A DNA stretch of 64,000 bases from Thermodesulfobacteriota bacterium. GTDB taxonomy: Bacteria > Desulfobacterota > Desulfobacteria > Desulfobacterales > C00003060. How positions within the stretch are numbered: the stretch's first letter is position 1; the number at the start of each line of letters is the position of its first letter. The stretch spans positions 81,388 through 145,387 of the forward strand of contig JAXHVD010000011.1 of assembly GCA_034189385.1 (NCBI GenBank). Direction: 5' to 3'. Below are positions 42,488-51,776 of the stretch, piece after piece. The notes beneath the pieces were generated by a model that was not told where the DNA came from, made no database searches, and saw only the letters and a program-made list of their open reading frames with translations. Both the position numbers and the translations under genes were made by a program.

Positions 42488-42611
42488 GGGCAATGGAGCA
42501 ATGGTGTGTTGGAGTAGTGGAATGTAAAGTGGTCAGAGTTCAGGAGTTGCTAAACCCTTCGGCGTATTCCAAGGCCCATTCTGAATTCTGACTCCTGATT
42601 CCTGACTACTG
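42488..42611. repeat. Empty four-helix-bundle-type repeat cassette (8-mer and 7-mer arrays)
   Basis: GGGCAATG GAGCAATG GTGTGTTG GAGTAGTG; TCAGAGT TCAGGAG ... inverted ATTCTGA ATTCTGA CTCCTGA TTCCTGA. Confidence 0.7.
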
Positions 42612-42632
42612 TTTTTCCTACAGGAGGTATTC

Positions 42633-45023
42633 ATGAAGATCCGTCACATACTGATCTTTCTTCTTATACTATTGCTAGCACCGATATCGGTTAGTACTGC
42701 ACAGGAAAAGGCAGAGCATCCAGTTGTGCGTATCGGCATTGTGAAGGATGGGCCCGTTATCCGATTTCCTGATCACCTGGAGACCGTCAAGCAGGAGATT
42801 CTGGCCCTCACTGCCAACCAATTCGACGTTCGGTTTCCGGCGGATAAGACCATCGTTGCCGACTGGACCATGCCCGGGATAATTGTGGCCGTCAACCAGT
42901 TGCTCATCGACCCGGACGTGGGCCTCGTCATCACCGTGGGCTTCAGGGCCTCAGACCACGTTTGCAGTCTCAGAGAGCTCAAGAAACCGGTTATTGCCGC
43001 CTCAGTTGTGAATGCAGAAATGCAGCAACTCCCCCGCAAAGGAAGTGCCAGCGGTGTGAGGAACCTCACCTATATCAGCCCCCAGAGAAAACCCGGCAGC
43101 TCTCTCTGGGCCTTTCAAGAGATTGTCCCCTTCAACCATCTGGCCGTGCTCGCTGATGGCCTCTTCGTGGAGACCTTCCCGAAACTAGATCGCTTTACTC
43201 GCCGCGTCCTGGATGATCTTCCCGTGGAGGTAAAGATAGTACGAGCTGAAAGGTCGGCGCAAGCAGTCCTAGAAGCATTGCCGCCCAAGACCGATGGGGT
43301 GATGGTGTTTCCTCTCATGCGTTTCTCGCCCGGTGAATTTCAAAAACTGGTGGATGGTCTCACAAGTCGAAAGCTTCCGAGTTTTTCCGCTTACGGCCCG
43401 ACTGAGGTGAAACAAGGGTTGCTCGCCAGCATCAATTCCGAGTCTCTTATACCTCGTCGAGCAAGAAGAATTGCCATGAACGTGCACCGCATCTTGCTGG
43501 GAGAGGATGCAGGGACCCTTCCCGTTGCGTTCCCTTCAGATGAGCAGCTCACCATCAACATGGCCACGGCCCGGGCTGTGGGCGTCTATCCAACGTGGCG
43601 CGTATTGATCGAAGCGGAACTGCTTCATGAGCAGCCCGGCGGCGTAGAGCGGCACCTTTCTTTGAACTCGGCGGTGCGAGAAGCTATTGCCGCGAACCTT
43701 GACCTTGCCGTGCAAGACAGGAACGTTGCGGCAGGGAAGCAGGTCGTGAACCAAGCACGATCCGCCCTGCTGCCCCGGATGGACCTTGATGCCAAAGGTT
43801 TTGTCATCGACGATGACCGGGCAATGGCTACAGGAGGCGTGCAGCCGGAGCGGAGCGTCACCGGCTCCGCCACAGGGACACAGATCATTTACTCTGAAGA
43901 TGCCTGGTCAAACTTCACGGCAGAAAAACACTTCCAGGCGTCTCGGGAAGAGGAGCGGGAGACCGCTAAGCTGGACATTATCTTGGATACGGCAGTTGCC
44001 TATCTGGAAGTCTTGCGGGCCAAGACCATCGAGAGGATCCAGAAAGACAACCTCAGACTCACGAGGGCCAACCTGGAACGTGCTCGTGCTCGCGTTTCCA
44101 TTGGCATGGCAAGTCGTGCTGAGGAGTTTCGCTGGGAGAGTGAAATCGCCACAAGCAAACAGGTGGTCCTGGACGCCCTTGCCAGGCGCCGTGAATCTGA
44201 AAACGCCCTGAATCGTCTACTTAACCGGCCGCAGGAGGAACGATTCACCACTGAGGAAACAGACCTGAAGGACCCACTGCTCCTTATCAGTGATGAGCGT
44301 TTTCATGTCCGTATGGACAACCCGAAAAGTCTCAGCATATTAAGAGACTTTCTCGTGGAACAAGGGTTGGCCGCCGCCCCGGAACTTCGCAGACTGGACG
44401 CTGCCATTGAAGCCCAGAAGCGAATCCTCCTTGCTACCAAACGAGCTCATTGGTTGCCCACCTTTTCCCTCCAGGGTAATGTAACGGAACTTCTGGCAGA
44501 AGACGGAGAGGGTCAGAGGGACGATGGACTCACAGGCCAGAATGACACCGATTGGAGCGCCGGGGTATTTGCCACGTTTCCCCTTTTCGAGGGAGGGGGT
44601 AAGCAGGCAGCAACGAAAAGGGCCCTGGAGGAACTCTTCGGTTTGCGTACCGAGCGTCAGGCAACGGCTGAGAAGATTGAAGAGAAGATTCGCTCTTCAT
44701 TGCATCAGGCAGGTGCTTCTTACGTCAGCATTGAACTTTCCCGAGACGCAGCAGAGGCATCAGCAAAGAATCTGGAACTGGTCACCGACTCCTATGTGCG
44801 GGGAACCGTATCCATTATCGATCTGATCGATGCCCAAAATTCTGCCCTGGTGGCAGACCAAGCCGCAGAGAATGCCGTTTACGACTTCCTCATCGACCTC
44901 ATGAAGGTGCAACGGGCCACAGGCCAGTTTGACTTCTTCATGCCTCGTGAAGAACGGGAGGCATGGTTTCAAAGGCTTGAAATCTTCTTTGAACAGGCCG
45001 GGATGGCGCCAAAAAGAAGATAG
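42633..45023 (+). CDS. TolC-family outer-membrane factor fused to an N-terminal periplasmic-binding-like domain
   Basis: Signal peptide; about 330-aa N-domain ending GTLPV...LTINMATARAVG; then OEP repeats (LSLNSAVREAIAANLDL, ARSALLP, HWLPTFSL, SIIDLIDAQ). Confidence 0.85.
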   Translation: MKIRHILIFLLILLLAPISVSTAQEKAEHPVVRIGIVKDGPVIRFPDHLETVKQEILALTANQFDVRFPADKTIVADWTMPGIIVAVNQLLIDPDVGLVITVGFRASDHVCSLRELKKPVIAASVVNAEMQQLPRKGSASGVRNLTYISPQRKPGSSLWAFQEIVPFNHLAVLADGLFVETFPKLDRFTRRVLDDLPVEVKIVRAERSAQAVLEALPPKTDGVMVFPLMRFSPGEFQKLVDGLTSRKLPSFSAYGPTEVKQGLLASINSESLIPRRARRIAMNVHRILLGEDAGTLPVAFPSDEQLTINMATARAVGVYPTWRVLIEAELLHEQPGGVERHLSLNSAVREAIAANLDLAVQDRNVAAGKQVVNQARSALLPRMDLDAKGFVIDDDRAMATGGVQPERSVTGSATGTQIIYSEDAWSNFTAEKHFQASREEERETAKLDIILDTAVAYLEVLRAKTIERIQKDNLRLTRANLERARARVSIGMASRAEEFRWESEIATSKQVVLDALARRRESENALNRLLNRPQEERFTTEETDLKDPLLLISDERFHVRMDNPKSLSILRDFLVEQGLAAAPELRRLDAAIEAQKRILLATKRAHWLPTFSLQGNVTELLAEDGEGQRDDGLTGQNDTDWSAGVFATFPLFEGGGKQAATKRALEELFGLRTERQATAEKIEEKIRSSLHQAGASYVSIELSRDAAEASAKNLELVTDSYVRGTVSIIDLIDAQNSALVADQAAENAVYDFLIDLMKVQRATGQFDFFMPREEREAWFQRLEIFFEQAGMAPKRR

Positions 45024-45044
45024 AAACGAAAGGCATACTCGCCC

Positions 45045-45707
45045 ATGGCTCACAGCTGGAACAACTGGTTGACCCAGAGAAGATTCCTGGTGCTGTTAAT
45101 TTCGTTGCTGCTCCTTGCCCTGATCCACCCAATTCTTTCAAGCCTTGATCTGGTCGGTGCAAGACTCCTTTTGAACATCTTTCTCACCATTATCCTTTTC
45201 ACAAGCATCTATGCTGTCAGCCACAAGAAAGGACTCTTCATCATCACCTTATGCCTGGGCATCCCTTCCTTCGGAGCTCGTTGGTTGGTCCAGTTCTTGG
45301 GCACTTCTCCCGGCATTCTTGTGGGGATCCTGAGCATGATGGCAGCCTTCTTGATTTTTGTGGCAGTCAGCATGCTGTCTCACGTCTTGAAAGACGATGC
45401 CGTAACAGGCGAAAAGATCAGTGCATCCATCTGTGTGTACCTGCTCATCGGCTTGGTTTGGGCTTGTCTTTTTTCCCTAACCTATGTTCTTCAGCCCGGG
45501 TCTTTTCAGCTTGAAAATCCTAAGCTCTCAGACTTCGTCTATTACAGCTATATTACCTTAAGCACCCTTGGGTACGGAGACATTACGCCTCTATCGCCTC
45601 CTGCCCGAGCATTGGCTTATGTGGAGGCCATCACAGGTCAAATCTATTTGGCCGTCCTGATAGCACGACTGGTGGCCCTTCATATCGCCCACGGAAAGAA
45701 GAAATAG
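45045..45707 (+). CDS. Potassium channel-like protein (Ion_trans_2)
   Basis: YYSYITLSTLGYGDITP selectivity filter; GQIYLAVLIARLV. Confidence 0.88.
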   Translation: MAHSWNNWLTQRRFLVLLISLLLLALIHPILSSLDLVGARLLLNIFLTIILFTSIYAVSHKKGLFIITLCLGIPSFGARWLVQFLGTSPGILVGILSMMAAFLIFVAVSMLSHVLKDDAVTGEKISASICVYLLIGLVWACLFSLTYVLQPGSFQLENPKLSDFVYYSYITLSTLGYGDITPLSPPARALAYVEAITGQIYLAVLIARLVALHIAHGKKK

Positions 45708-45816
45708 CTGTTCCCACTCTAGTGGTCATCTTACTAGCAATCTTAGCCCGGCCTGAGGGGAGTTCGAATGTGACGGTCGTAATGAGTAATCACTAAAGAG
45801 ACTAAAGGAGGAGATC

Positions 45817-46482
45817 ATGCGAGCCATTCGTAGAGGAGCGTTCGTTCTGGTCATTGTTGTTGTGGCATATAGTAGCGTTGCAGACTGCGGGGAGAAACCG
45901 AAGTACTCAGGTTTCCTCAAAGATTACCCATCGTTTATTGAGGGCAAAAAAGGGGTCGATATGGTCTATACGAAGGCAGGAGTCGACTTCAGCAAATACA
46001 ACAAGATCATGATGGACGAAGTGGTTTTCTACTTCAAGAAGGACGCTGACTACAAAGGGATTCATCCCAGTGAGATCCAGGAATTGAGTGAGGCATTTAA
46101 CAGGGCATTCATCGATGCCCTAAACGATGCCTATCCCCTTACAGACAAACCAGGACCGGATGTGATGAGGGTGCGTGTCGGCATTACTGAAATCAAAATG
46201 AGCAAGCCAGGCATGGGCACGGTGACCACGATTATTCCTGTCGGTCTGGCAGTCAGCCTAGTCAAGAAGGGCGCGACCGGTGGGTATACAGGCATTGGGA
46301 GCGCGAGTATGGAGGCCGAGTTCCTTGACTCCGTGAGCAATGAACGGATCGGTGCCGCCATTGATAAGGCACCCGGTGGCAAACTCGATCTGGGTAAATT
46401 GACGCCAGCAAAAGAGGCTTTCGAGTTCTGGGCAGGAAGACTTAGAATATGGTTAGACGAAATCCACAGCAAGGCACACTAG
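45817..46482 (+). CDS. DUF3313-like exported protein
   Basis: YSGFLKDY, RVRVGITEI, ASMEAEFLDS, AFEFWA. Confidence 0.7.
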   Translation: MRAIRRGAFVLVIVVVAYSSVADCGEKPKYSGFLKDYPSFIEGKKGVDMVYTKAGVDFSKYNKIMMDEVVFYFKKDADYKGIHPSEIQELSEAFNRAFIDALNDAYPLTDKPGPDVMRVRVGITEIKMSKPGMGTVTTIIPVGLAVSLVKKGATGGYTGIGSASMEAEFLDSVSNERIGAAIDKAPGGKLDLGKLTPAKEAFEFWAGRLRIWLDEIHSKAH

Positions 46483-46514
46483 ATGAGGAATGACTTGACC
46501 TGGCAAGGTAACTA

Positions 46515-47648
46515 ATGACTGAACAAACCACCATAAGTTTTAGCCGACCTGAGGCTCATACCCTTCTGGTAAGGCTGGCAGGGAAGTGGAAAATCGGAGA
46601 AGACCTGCCGCAGGCCGAAGTGTTGCTCAACGAAATCACCTCTGGACCGAATGTCGAGCGCATTGCCTTTGATACCCGGGATCTTCAAGGCTGGGACAGC
46701 GGGCTGTTGACCTTTCTTACCAAGGTCATAGACGCCTCATCTCGAAGCAAGATCCATCTTGAAAAAGAGGGGCTCCCCGAGGGCGTGCAGCGTCTTCTGG
46801 CCCTTGCCTCGGCCGTGCCCGAGAGAAAGGGGGCCCGGAGGGAAACCGCGCGGGTCCCATTCCTGGCCCGTGTGGGCGATTCTGCCATGGCCTTTGGGCG
46901 GTCTACCACGGACATGTTAAACTTCATTGGCGAGGCCTTTATTGCGGTCACTCGGGTGTTGCGCGGCAAAGCCCGGTTTCGGCCTTGCGATCTTCTTCTG
47001 ATCATCCAGGATTGCGGGGCCCAGGCCTTGCCCATTGTGTCCCTTATCAGCGTTTTGGTAGGCCTGATCCTGGCCTTCATAGGGGCGGTGCAACTCATGA
47101 TGTTCGGGGCCCAGATCTATGTGGCAGACCTAGTGGGCATCGCCATGGTTCGCGTCATGGGGGCTGTCATGGCAGGCATCATCATGGCGGGCCGCACCGG
47201 GGCTGCTTTTGCCGCTCAGTTGGGCACCATGCAGGTAAACGAGGAGATCGACGCCTTAGAAACCCTGGGAATATCGCCCATGGAGTTCCTGGTTCTCCCG
47301 AGGATGCTTGCCCTTGCCCTCATGATGCCATTGCTTTGCCTGTACGCGGATTTTATGGGGGTTCTGGGTGGGTTCATCGTGGGGGTGACCATGCTGGACC
47401 TGAATGTCATGGAATACTACAACCAGACCCGGGCTGCCATCCATCTGAACAACCTGTGGATTGGCCTCTTTCAAAGTGCTGTCTTCGGGGTGTTGGTGGC
47501 CCTGGCGGGGTGTCTTAGGGGGATGCAATGCGGACGTAGCGCCTCTGCTGTGGGTGATGCGGCAACTTCGGCGGTGGTGACAGGGATTGTGAGCATTGTG
47601 GTGGCAACGGCCGTTATTACCGTTCTTTGTAATGTGCTGGGAATCTAG
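46515..47648 (+). CDS. mlaE: MlaE-family ABC permease with N-terminal STAS-like domain
   Basis: WDSG; AGRTGAAFAAQLGTMQVNEEIDAL; LVLPR; VGDAATSAVV. Confidence 0.9.
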   Translation: MTEQTTISFSRPEAHTLLVRLAGKWKIGEDLPQAEVLLNEITSGPNVERIAFDTRDLQGWDSGLLTFLTKVIDASSRSKIHLEKEGLPEGVQRLLALASAVPERKGARRETARVPFLARVGDSAMAFGRSTTDMLNFIGEAFIAVTRVLRGKARFRPCDLLLIIQDCGAQALPIVSLISVLVGLILAFIGAVQLMMFGAQIYVADLVGIAMVRVMGAVMAGIIMAGRTGAAFAAQLGTMQVNEEIDALETLGISPMEFLVLPRMLALALMMPLLCLYADFMGVLGGFIVGVTMLDLNVMEYYNQTRAAIHLNNLWIGLFQSAVFGVLVALAGCLRGMQCGRSASAVGDAATSAVVTGIVSIVVATAVITVLCNVLGI

Positions 47649-47655
47649 AAGCGCA

Positions 47656-47933
47656 CAGGGATCGGGGTCCAGGGGGCGGGGAAATGGGTTTCAAGAGCTA
47701 TCGCCATCCTGAGGGTTCAAGGGTCCGAGGATTCATGGAGTCAAGTGAAATCAAAAGTACTTCGCGTCTGGGTACAAGTACCCTCGGCCCCTGGACCCCT
47801 TGCATCATTCTGAGGCGAAAGCCGCAATCCCTGAACCCTTTTCTCTAACTGGACAGGAGAAATTGGCAGGATGATTAACGGGTTGAGAAGATCTATTGAT
47901 AAGAAGATCTGACCCCTGATCCCTGATCCCTGA
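47656..47933 (+). pseudogene. Four-helix-bundle gene remnant with a nested repeat element, bracketed by inverted 7-mer arrays
   Basis: N-terminal relic MGFKSYR at 47684; C-terminal relic TGEIGRMINGLRRSIDKKI* at 47853-47912; CAGGGAT-type left array and CTGATCC-type right array. Confidence 0.65.
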
Positions 47934-47945
47934 AAGCTGTAAGCA

Positions 47946-48701
47946 ATGAATCATTCTGAAGCGCACATCACGGTGAATGACCTCACCATGGCCTACGGCA
48001 GTTTTGTGCTTATGCGAGACCTAACCTTTACGGTCAATCGAGGTGATGTCTTCATCATCATGGGGGGGAGCGGGTGCGGCAAGAGCACGCTCATGAAGAT
48101 TCTGGTGGGACTGAAGTCTCCGGCCAAAGGGAAGATTCACTACGGCGATATGGACTTCTGGAAGGCTGAACCGGCAGAGCGGGGCGAATTCATGCGTCGT
48201 TTTGGCATTCTTTACCAGAGCGGGGCGCTGTGGAGTTCCATGACCCTGGCAGAGAACGTAACCCTGCCCCTGGGAGAGTATACGGACTTGAGCCCCGGCG
48301 ACATCAAGGAGATCGTCTCGTTGAAGCTGGCCCTCGTGGGCCTGGCGGGCTTTGAAGACTATTATCCTTCCGAAATCAGTGGAGGCATGAGAAAGCGAGC
48401 GGGCCTGGCCCGGGCCATGGCCCTTGATCCCGAGATTCTCTTTTTCGACGAACCCTCAGCAGGCCTTGATCCGGTGAGCGCGAAACTCCTGGATGATCTA
48501 ATCCTTGAGCTTCGGGACAGCCTTGGGGCCACGGTGGTAGTGGTGACCCATGAACTGGCAAGCATCTTTGCTATTGGCAACAACTCCGTCTTTCTGGATC
48601 CGGAGACGAAGACGATGATCGCCAGTGGCGACCCCAACACGCTCCTTGCCGAGTCAGAGGACCCCAAGGTCCAGCGTTTTCTAAGGAGGGGGGAGGAATG
48701 A
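47946..48701 (+). CDS. mlaF: MlaF-family ABC ATPase
   Basis: GGSGCGKS, ISGGMRKRAGLARA, FFDEPSAGLDP, VVTH. Confidence 0.92.
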   Translation: MNHSEAHITVNDLTMAYGSFVLMRDLTFTVNRGDVFIIMGGSGCGKSTLMKILVGLKSPAKGKIHYGDMDFWKAEPAERGEFMRRFGILYQSGALWSSMTLAENVTLPLGEYTDLSPGDIKEIVSLKLALVGLAGFEDYYPSEISGGMRKRAGLARAMALDPEILFFDEPSAGLDPVSAKLLDDLILELRDSLGATVVVVTHELASIFAIGNNSVFLDPETKTMIASGDPNTLLAESEDPKVQRFLRRGEE

Positions 48702-48785
48702 GGGGAGGAGATAGAAGACAGGAGTCAGGAGTCAGAAATCATACGAGCGGAGTAATGGAGTATGGGAGTAATGGAGTAGTGTGGT

Positions 48786-49217
48786 ATGCGAAAGAACAAG
48801 AACCGTGGATATCAGAAGCTCAGGATCTGGAATGATGCGATAGATTACTACGCCCAGACGTGTGCTATTTTCCGCGGTTTTCCCTATGAATTTAAACGAG
48901 TTGCTAGTCAGGCTATCGCCGCTAGCGATTCGGTGCACCGAAATATCTCTGAAGGCTATTGCAGGCGTTCGATCCGTGAATACTTGAATTTTCTCTATAT
49001 TGCATTGGGCTCGCTTGGCTAGACTGTTTCAGGCTTGCGGGCCTGTAGAAAAGCGGGACAGATAACAGAGGAAGACTTTGAAAAGTTAGACAGGCTTGCA
49101 TACAAATTGGAAAATGGATTACTTAAGTTGGGAGAGAGTCTAGAGCGTAAGCGAGAACGAGGAGAATGGACTGATCACTTGTTGGTTAGAGAAGCCAACG
49201 CCATGTATGGCAAGTGA
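48786..49217 (+). pseudogene. Four-helix-bundle protein (23S rRNA IVP/bAvd-like) with an in-frame TAG
   Basis: GYQKLRIW, SQAIAASDSVHRNISEGYCRRS..EYLNFLYIALGSLG*TVSG..., continuing in frame to TGA at 49215-49217; flanked by inverted 8-mer arrays. Confidence 0.85.
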
Positions 49218-49278
49218 AGATTCAACACTCCATTGCTCCAACACTCCATTTCTGCAGCTTTGTGGAGACAAACACATC

Positions 49279-50091
49279 ATGAGCAAACAGGCAAACAAGA
49301 CCATGATTGGTGCTTTCGTCGTGGGTGCAGTGGCGCTGGCGGTGGCAGGAGTGCTCATTTTCGGCAGCGGCAAGTTTCTGTCCAAGCTGGACCACTATGT
49401 AATGTACTTTGAGGGGTCCGTGAAGGGGCTCAATATCGGTTCCGCCGTCATGTTCCGGGGCGTAAAGATAGGCTCGGTCACGGATATTGTGCTGCGCGCC
49501 GATCCCGACGACTTGACTGTTGAAATTCCAGTCTTCATCGACGTGGACCCGGAAAGATTTGAGCGGGTTGGTGAAAAACGGCGCCGGCATACTCAGGAAC
49601 AAATCAAAATCCTTATAGGGCGCGGCTTGAGGGCCCAGCTTCAAATGCAGAGCATGGTCACGGGTCAACTCATGGTGGAGCTCGATTTTCATCCTGAAAC
49701 ACCGGCTAGACTGGTCGGTACGAACACGAAGTATCCTGAGATTCCGACCATTCAGACCGGCCTGCAACAATTGACCCAGACGATTGAGAGACTGCCCCTT
49801 GAGGAAATGGTGCGCAACTTGACCTCCGCCATAGCAGGCATTGAACGGGCAGTGAATTCTCCCGAGGTGGGGAAAGGCATGAAAAACATCAACGAGACCT
49901 TGGTGGACATACAGAACCTCATGGAAGAGCTTGATAGGTCGTTGGCCGAGAATGCAGAACTGCCCTACCGTTTCACTAAGGCCATGGAAGAAGTTTCTGC
50001 TGCAGCGCGTTCCGTGCGCGTTCTGGCGGACTATCTGGAACAACACCCCGATGCCCTGCTGCGAGGCAAGAGATTACCTGGAGGTAAATGA
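49279..50091 (+). CDS. mlaD: MlaD/MCE domain protein
   Basis: IGAFVV TM anchor; FEGSVKGLNIGSAVMFRGVKIGSV; YLEQHPDALLRGK. Confidence 0.9.
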   Translation: MSKQANKTMIGAFVVGAVALAVAGVLIFGSGKFLSKLDHYVMYFEGSVKGLNIGSAVMFRGVKIGSVTDIVLRADPDDLTVEIPVFIDVDPERFERVGEKRRRHTQEQIKILIGRGLRAQLQMQSMVTGQLMVELDFHPETPARLVGTNTKYPEIPTIQTGLQQLTQTIERLPLEEMVRNLTSAIAGIERAVNSPEVGKGMKNINETLVDIQNLMEELDRSLAENAELPYRFTKAMEEVSAAARSVRVLADYLEQHPDALLRGKRLPGGK

Positions 50092-50717
50092 TGAACCATA
50101 TTGTTTTCCGACTCATGGCTGTTAACCTTGCGCTCATTCCGGTGTTGTTGGGAGGATGTGTCAATCTGGGCAGTGGAACGCAACAGACAACGAAGTTCTA
50201 TGTCCTGAATTCCCTTTACAGCTCGAAAGCAGAAATAGAGACAAAGAGGGCTTCAGGCGAGACGATTATTGGGGTGGGTCCTGTGGAGTTGCCACAGTAT
50301 GTCAATCGGCCGCAGATTGTGACGCGCACCGGCGCCAATGAGCTAGAAGTGGCCCCTTTTGCTCGGTGGGGAGAACCCCTGGAGGACAACTATGCAAGGG
50401 TTCTGGCAGAAAACCTCACAATGTTACTGTCAACGGATCGCGTGATCGTCTATCCATGGAATAGGACCATCCCCATTGGCTATCAGGTGGTTGTGGAAGT
50501 AAGGCGGTTTGACGGTGTCCTGGGTGGGGAAGTCTCCATGAGGGCCCGCTGGACTCTTTTGGGAAATCAGGGGGATAAGATCCTGTTAAGAAAAAAGTCA
50601 AGCTTTAGGGAAAGGACAGAGGGTTTAGGTTACGAAGCCCTGGTTGCAGCCCAGAGCCAAATGCTTGCAGAGCTGAGCCGCGAGATTGCGGCAGAGATCA
50701 CGGCCCTCTCGAAATAG
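50088..50717 (+). CDS. PqiC-like ABC auxiliary lipoprotein
   Basis: Lipobox LGGC; VGPVELPQYVNRPQIV; RWGEPL; RFDG. Confidence 0.85.
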   Translation: MMNHIVFRLMAVNLALIPVLLGGCVNLGSGTQQTTKFYVLNSLYSSKAEIETKRASGETIIGVGPVELPQYVNRPQIVTRTGANELEVAPFARWGEPLEDNYARVLAENLTMLLSTDRVIVYPWNRTIPIGYQVVVEVRRFDGVLGGEVSMRARWTLLGNQGDKILLRKKSSFRERTEGLGYEALVAAQSQMLAELSREIAAEITALSK

Positions 50718-50981
50718 AGTGGCCCCCCTCCGAACAGCCCGCTTCCCAGCCCATCTACAGTCCTTTTTGAGAAGCACCGTTGTTCATTGCTGCTGTCGCC
50801 CTTGATTTGGACGACTCGATAGATATGCTCTGTTATCTCCCACCCCCATTGCAGAGTGGGCAGTGAGGACGGATGCTACTATTTGAAAGACCCAACTTTT
50901 CAGGCATTCTTGACAAATCTGGGAGGAAAAGCGCTCAATGCCGTCGTGCCGCCTGAGCTCCTCTTACAAAAGGGGGTCGTC

Positions 50982-51776
50982 TTACCAGAAAGTGTAAATG
51001 GCCATAACGCCAAAATGGAACTGGTTCTTGTCCCCCCGATCCTCTGTAACCGGGCTGTTCTTGGCATCGCTGATAAGCCAGGAGTAGTCTCCAGATAGCC
51101 GAAGGCTCCACTCGTCATTCCAGGCATACATGGCGCCCAGACTGCAACTCACGTCTCTCCACTGGGAGTCGGCATCGTACACAGGGAGCCCGCTTCTTAT
51201 GGAATCCCTTGGGCTCACATCAAAGAAAGCACCCATGTAGTCTTTGTCGGCCCATGTGGTTGACCCGCCAAGGATAAGGTTCCAGGAAGAACTGACGTCC
51301 CATGTGTAGCTCCCGCTGAAAGTGACTAAAAACCCGTCATGCCCGTCGGACACATCCTGGAATGCCTCTGCCATGAAGGCCCACTCGTCGACCACCAGGC
51401 CAAGGAAGGCACCCACCTCAAAGGAATCGTCAACAGAATCCATCTTCTCCACCACGTTGTCATCAACAGAGACAGCATCGTCTCGGCCCAGGCGATAGTT
51501 GGCCAGGGGTCCAAACACGAGGTGGTCATGGTTGACCACGTTTGCTCTCACTGTTGTACCTGCCAGCTCCACATAATAGTCGCCTGCAGGGCATGTCATT
51601 TTTCCATACACCATGGGGATCCCTGTGTACTCGTCAGACCCAATGTAGTCTGGAGCAAGGCCCATACCAATGCCCAGGGAAAGCCCCCCATTGTCTGCCT
51701 GAACGTGAACTGGAGGGGACAAAGAGAAGATCAATGCCCCCCAAAAAAGTATTATCAGCACCTTGTGGTTTTTCAT
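50982..51776 (-). CDS. MipA/OmpV family outer-membrane protein
   Basis: APDYIGSDEY, YMGAFFDV, LISDAKNSPV, C-terminal aromatic residue. Confidence 0.88.
   Translation of the reverse strand: MKNHKVLIILFWGALIFSLSPPVHVQADNGGLSLGIGMGLAPDYIGSDEYTGIPMVYGKMTCPAGDYYVELAGTTVRANVVNHDHLVFGPLANYRLGRDDAVSVDDNVVEKMDSVDDSFEVGAFLGLVVDEWAFMAEAFQDVSDGHDGFLVTFSGSYTWDVSSSWNLILGGSTTWADKDYMGAFFDVSPRDSIRSGLPVYDADSQWRDVSCSLGAMYAWNDEWSLRLSGDYSWLISDAKNSPVTEDRGDKNQFHFGVMAIYTFW

Noticed and set aside
48700..49250. Diversity-generating retroelement, suggested by the Avd-like fold
   Set aside because: No reverse transcriptase and no TR/VR pair with adenine-specific mismatches was seen.
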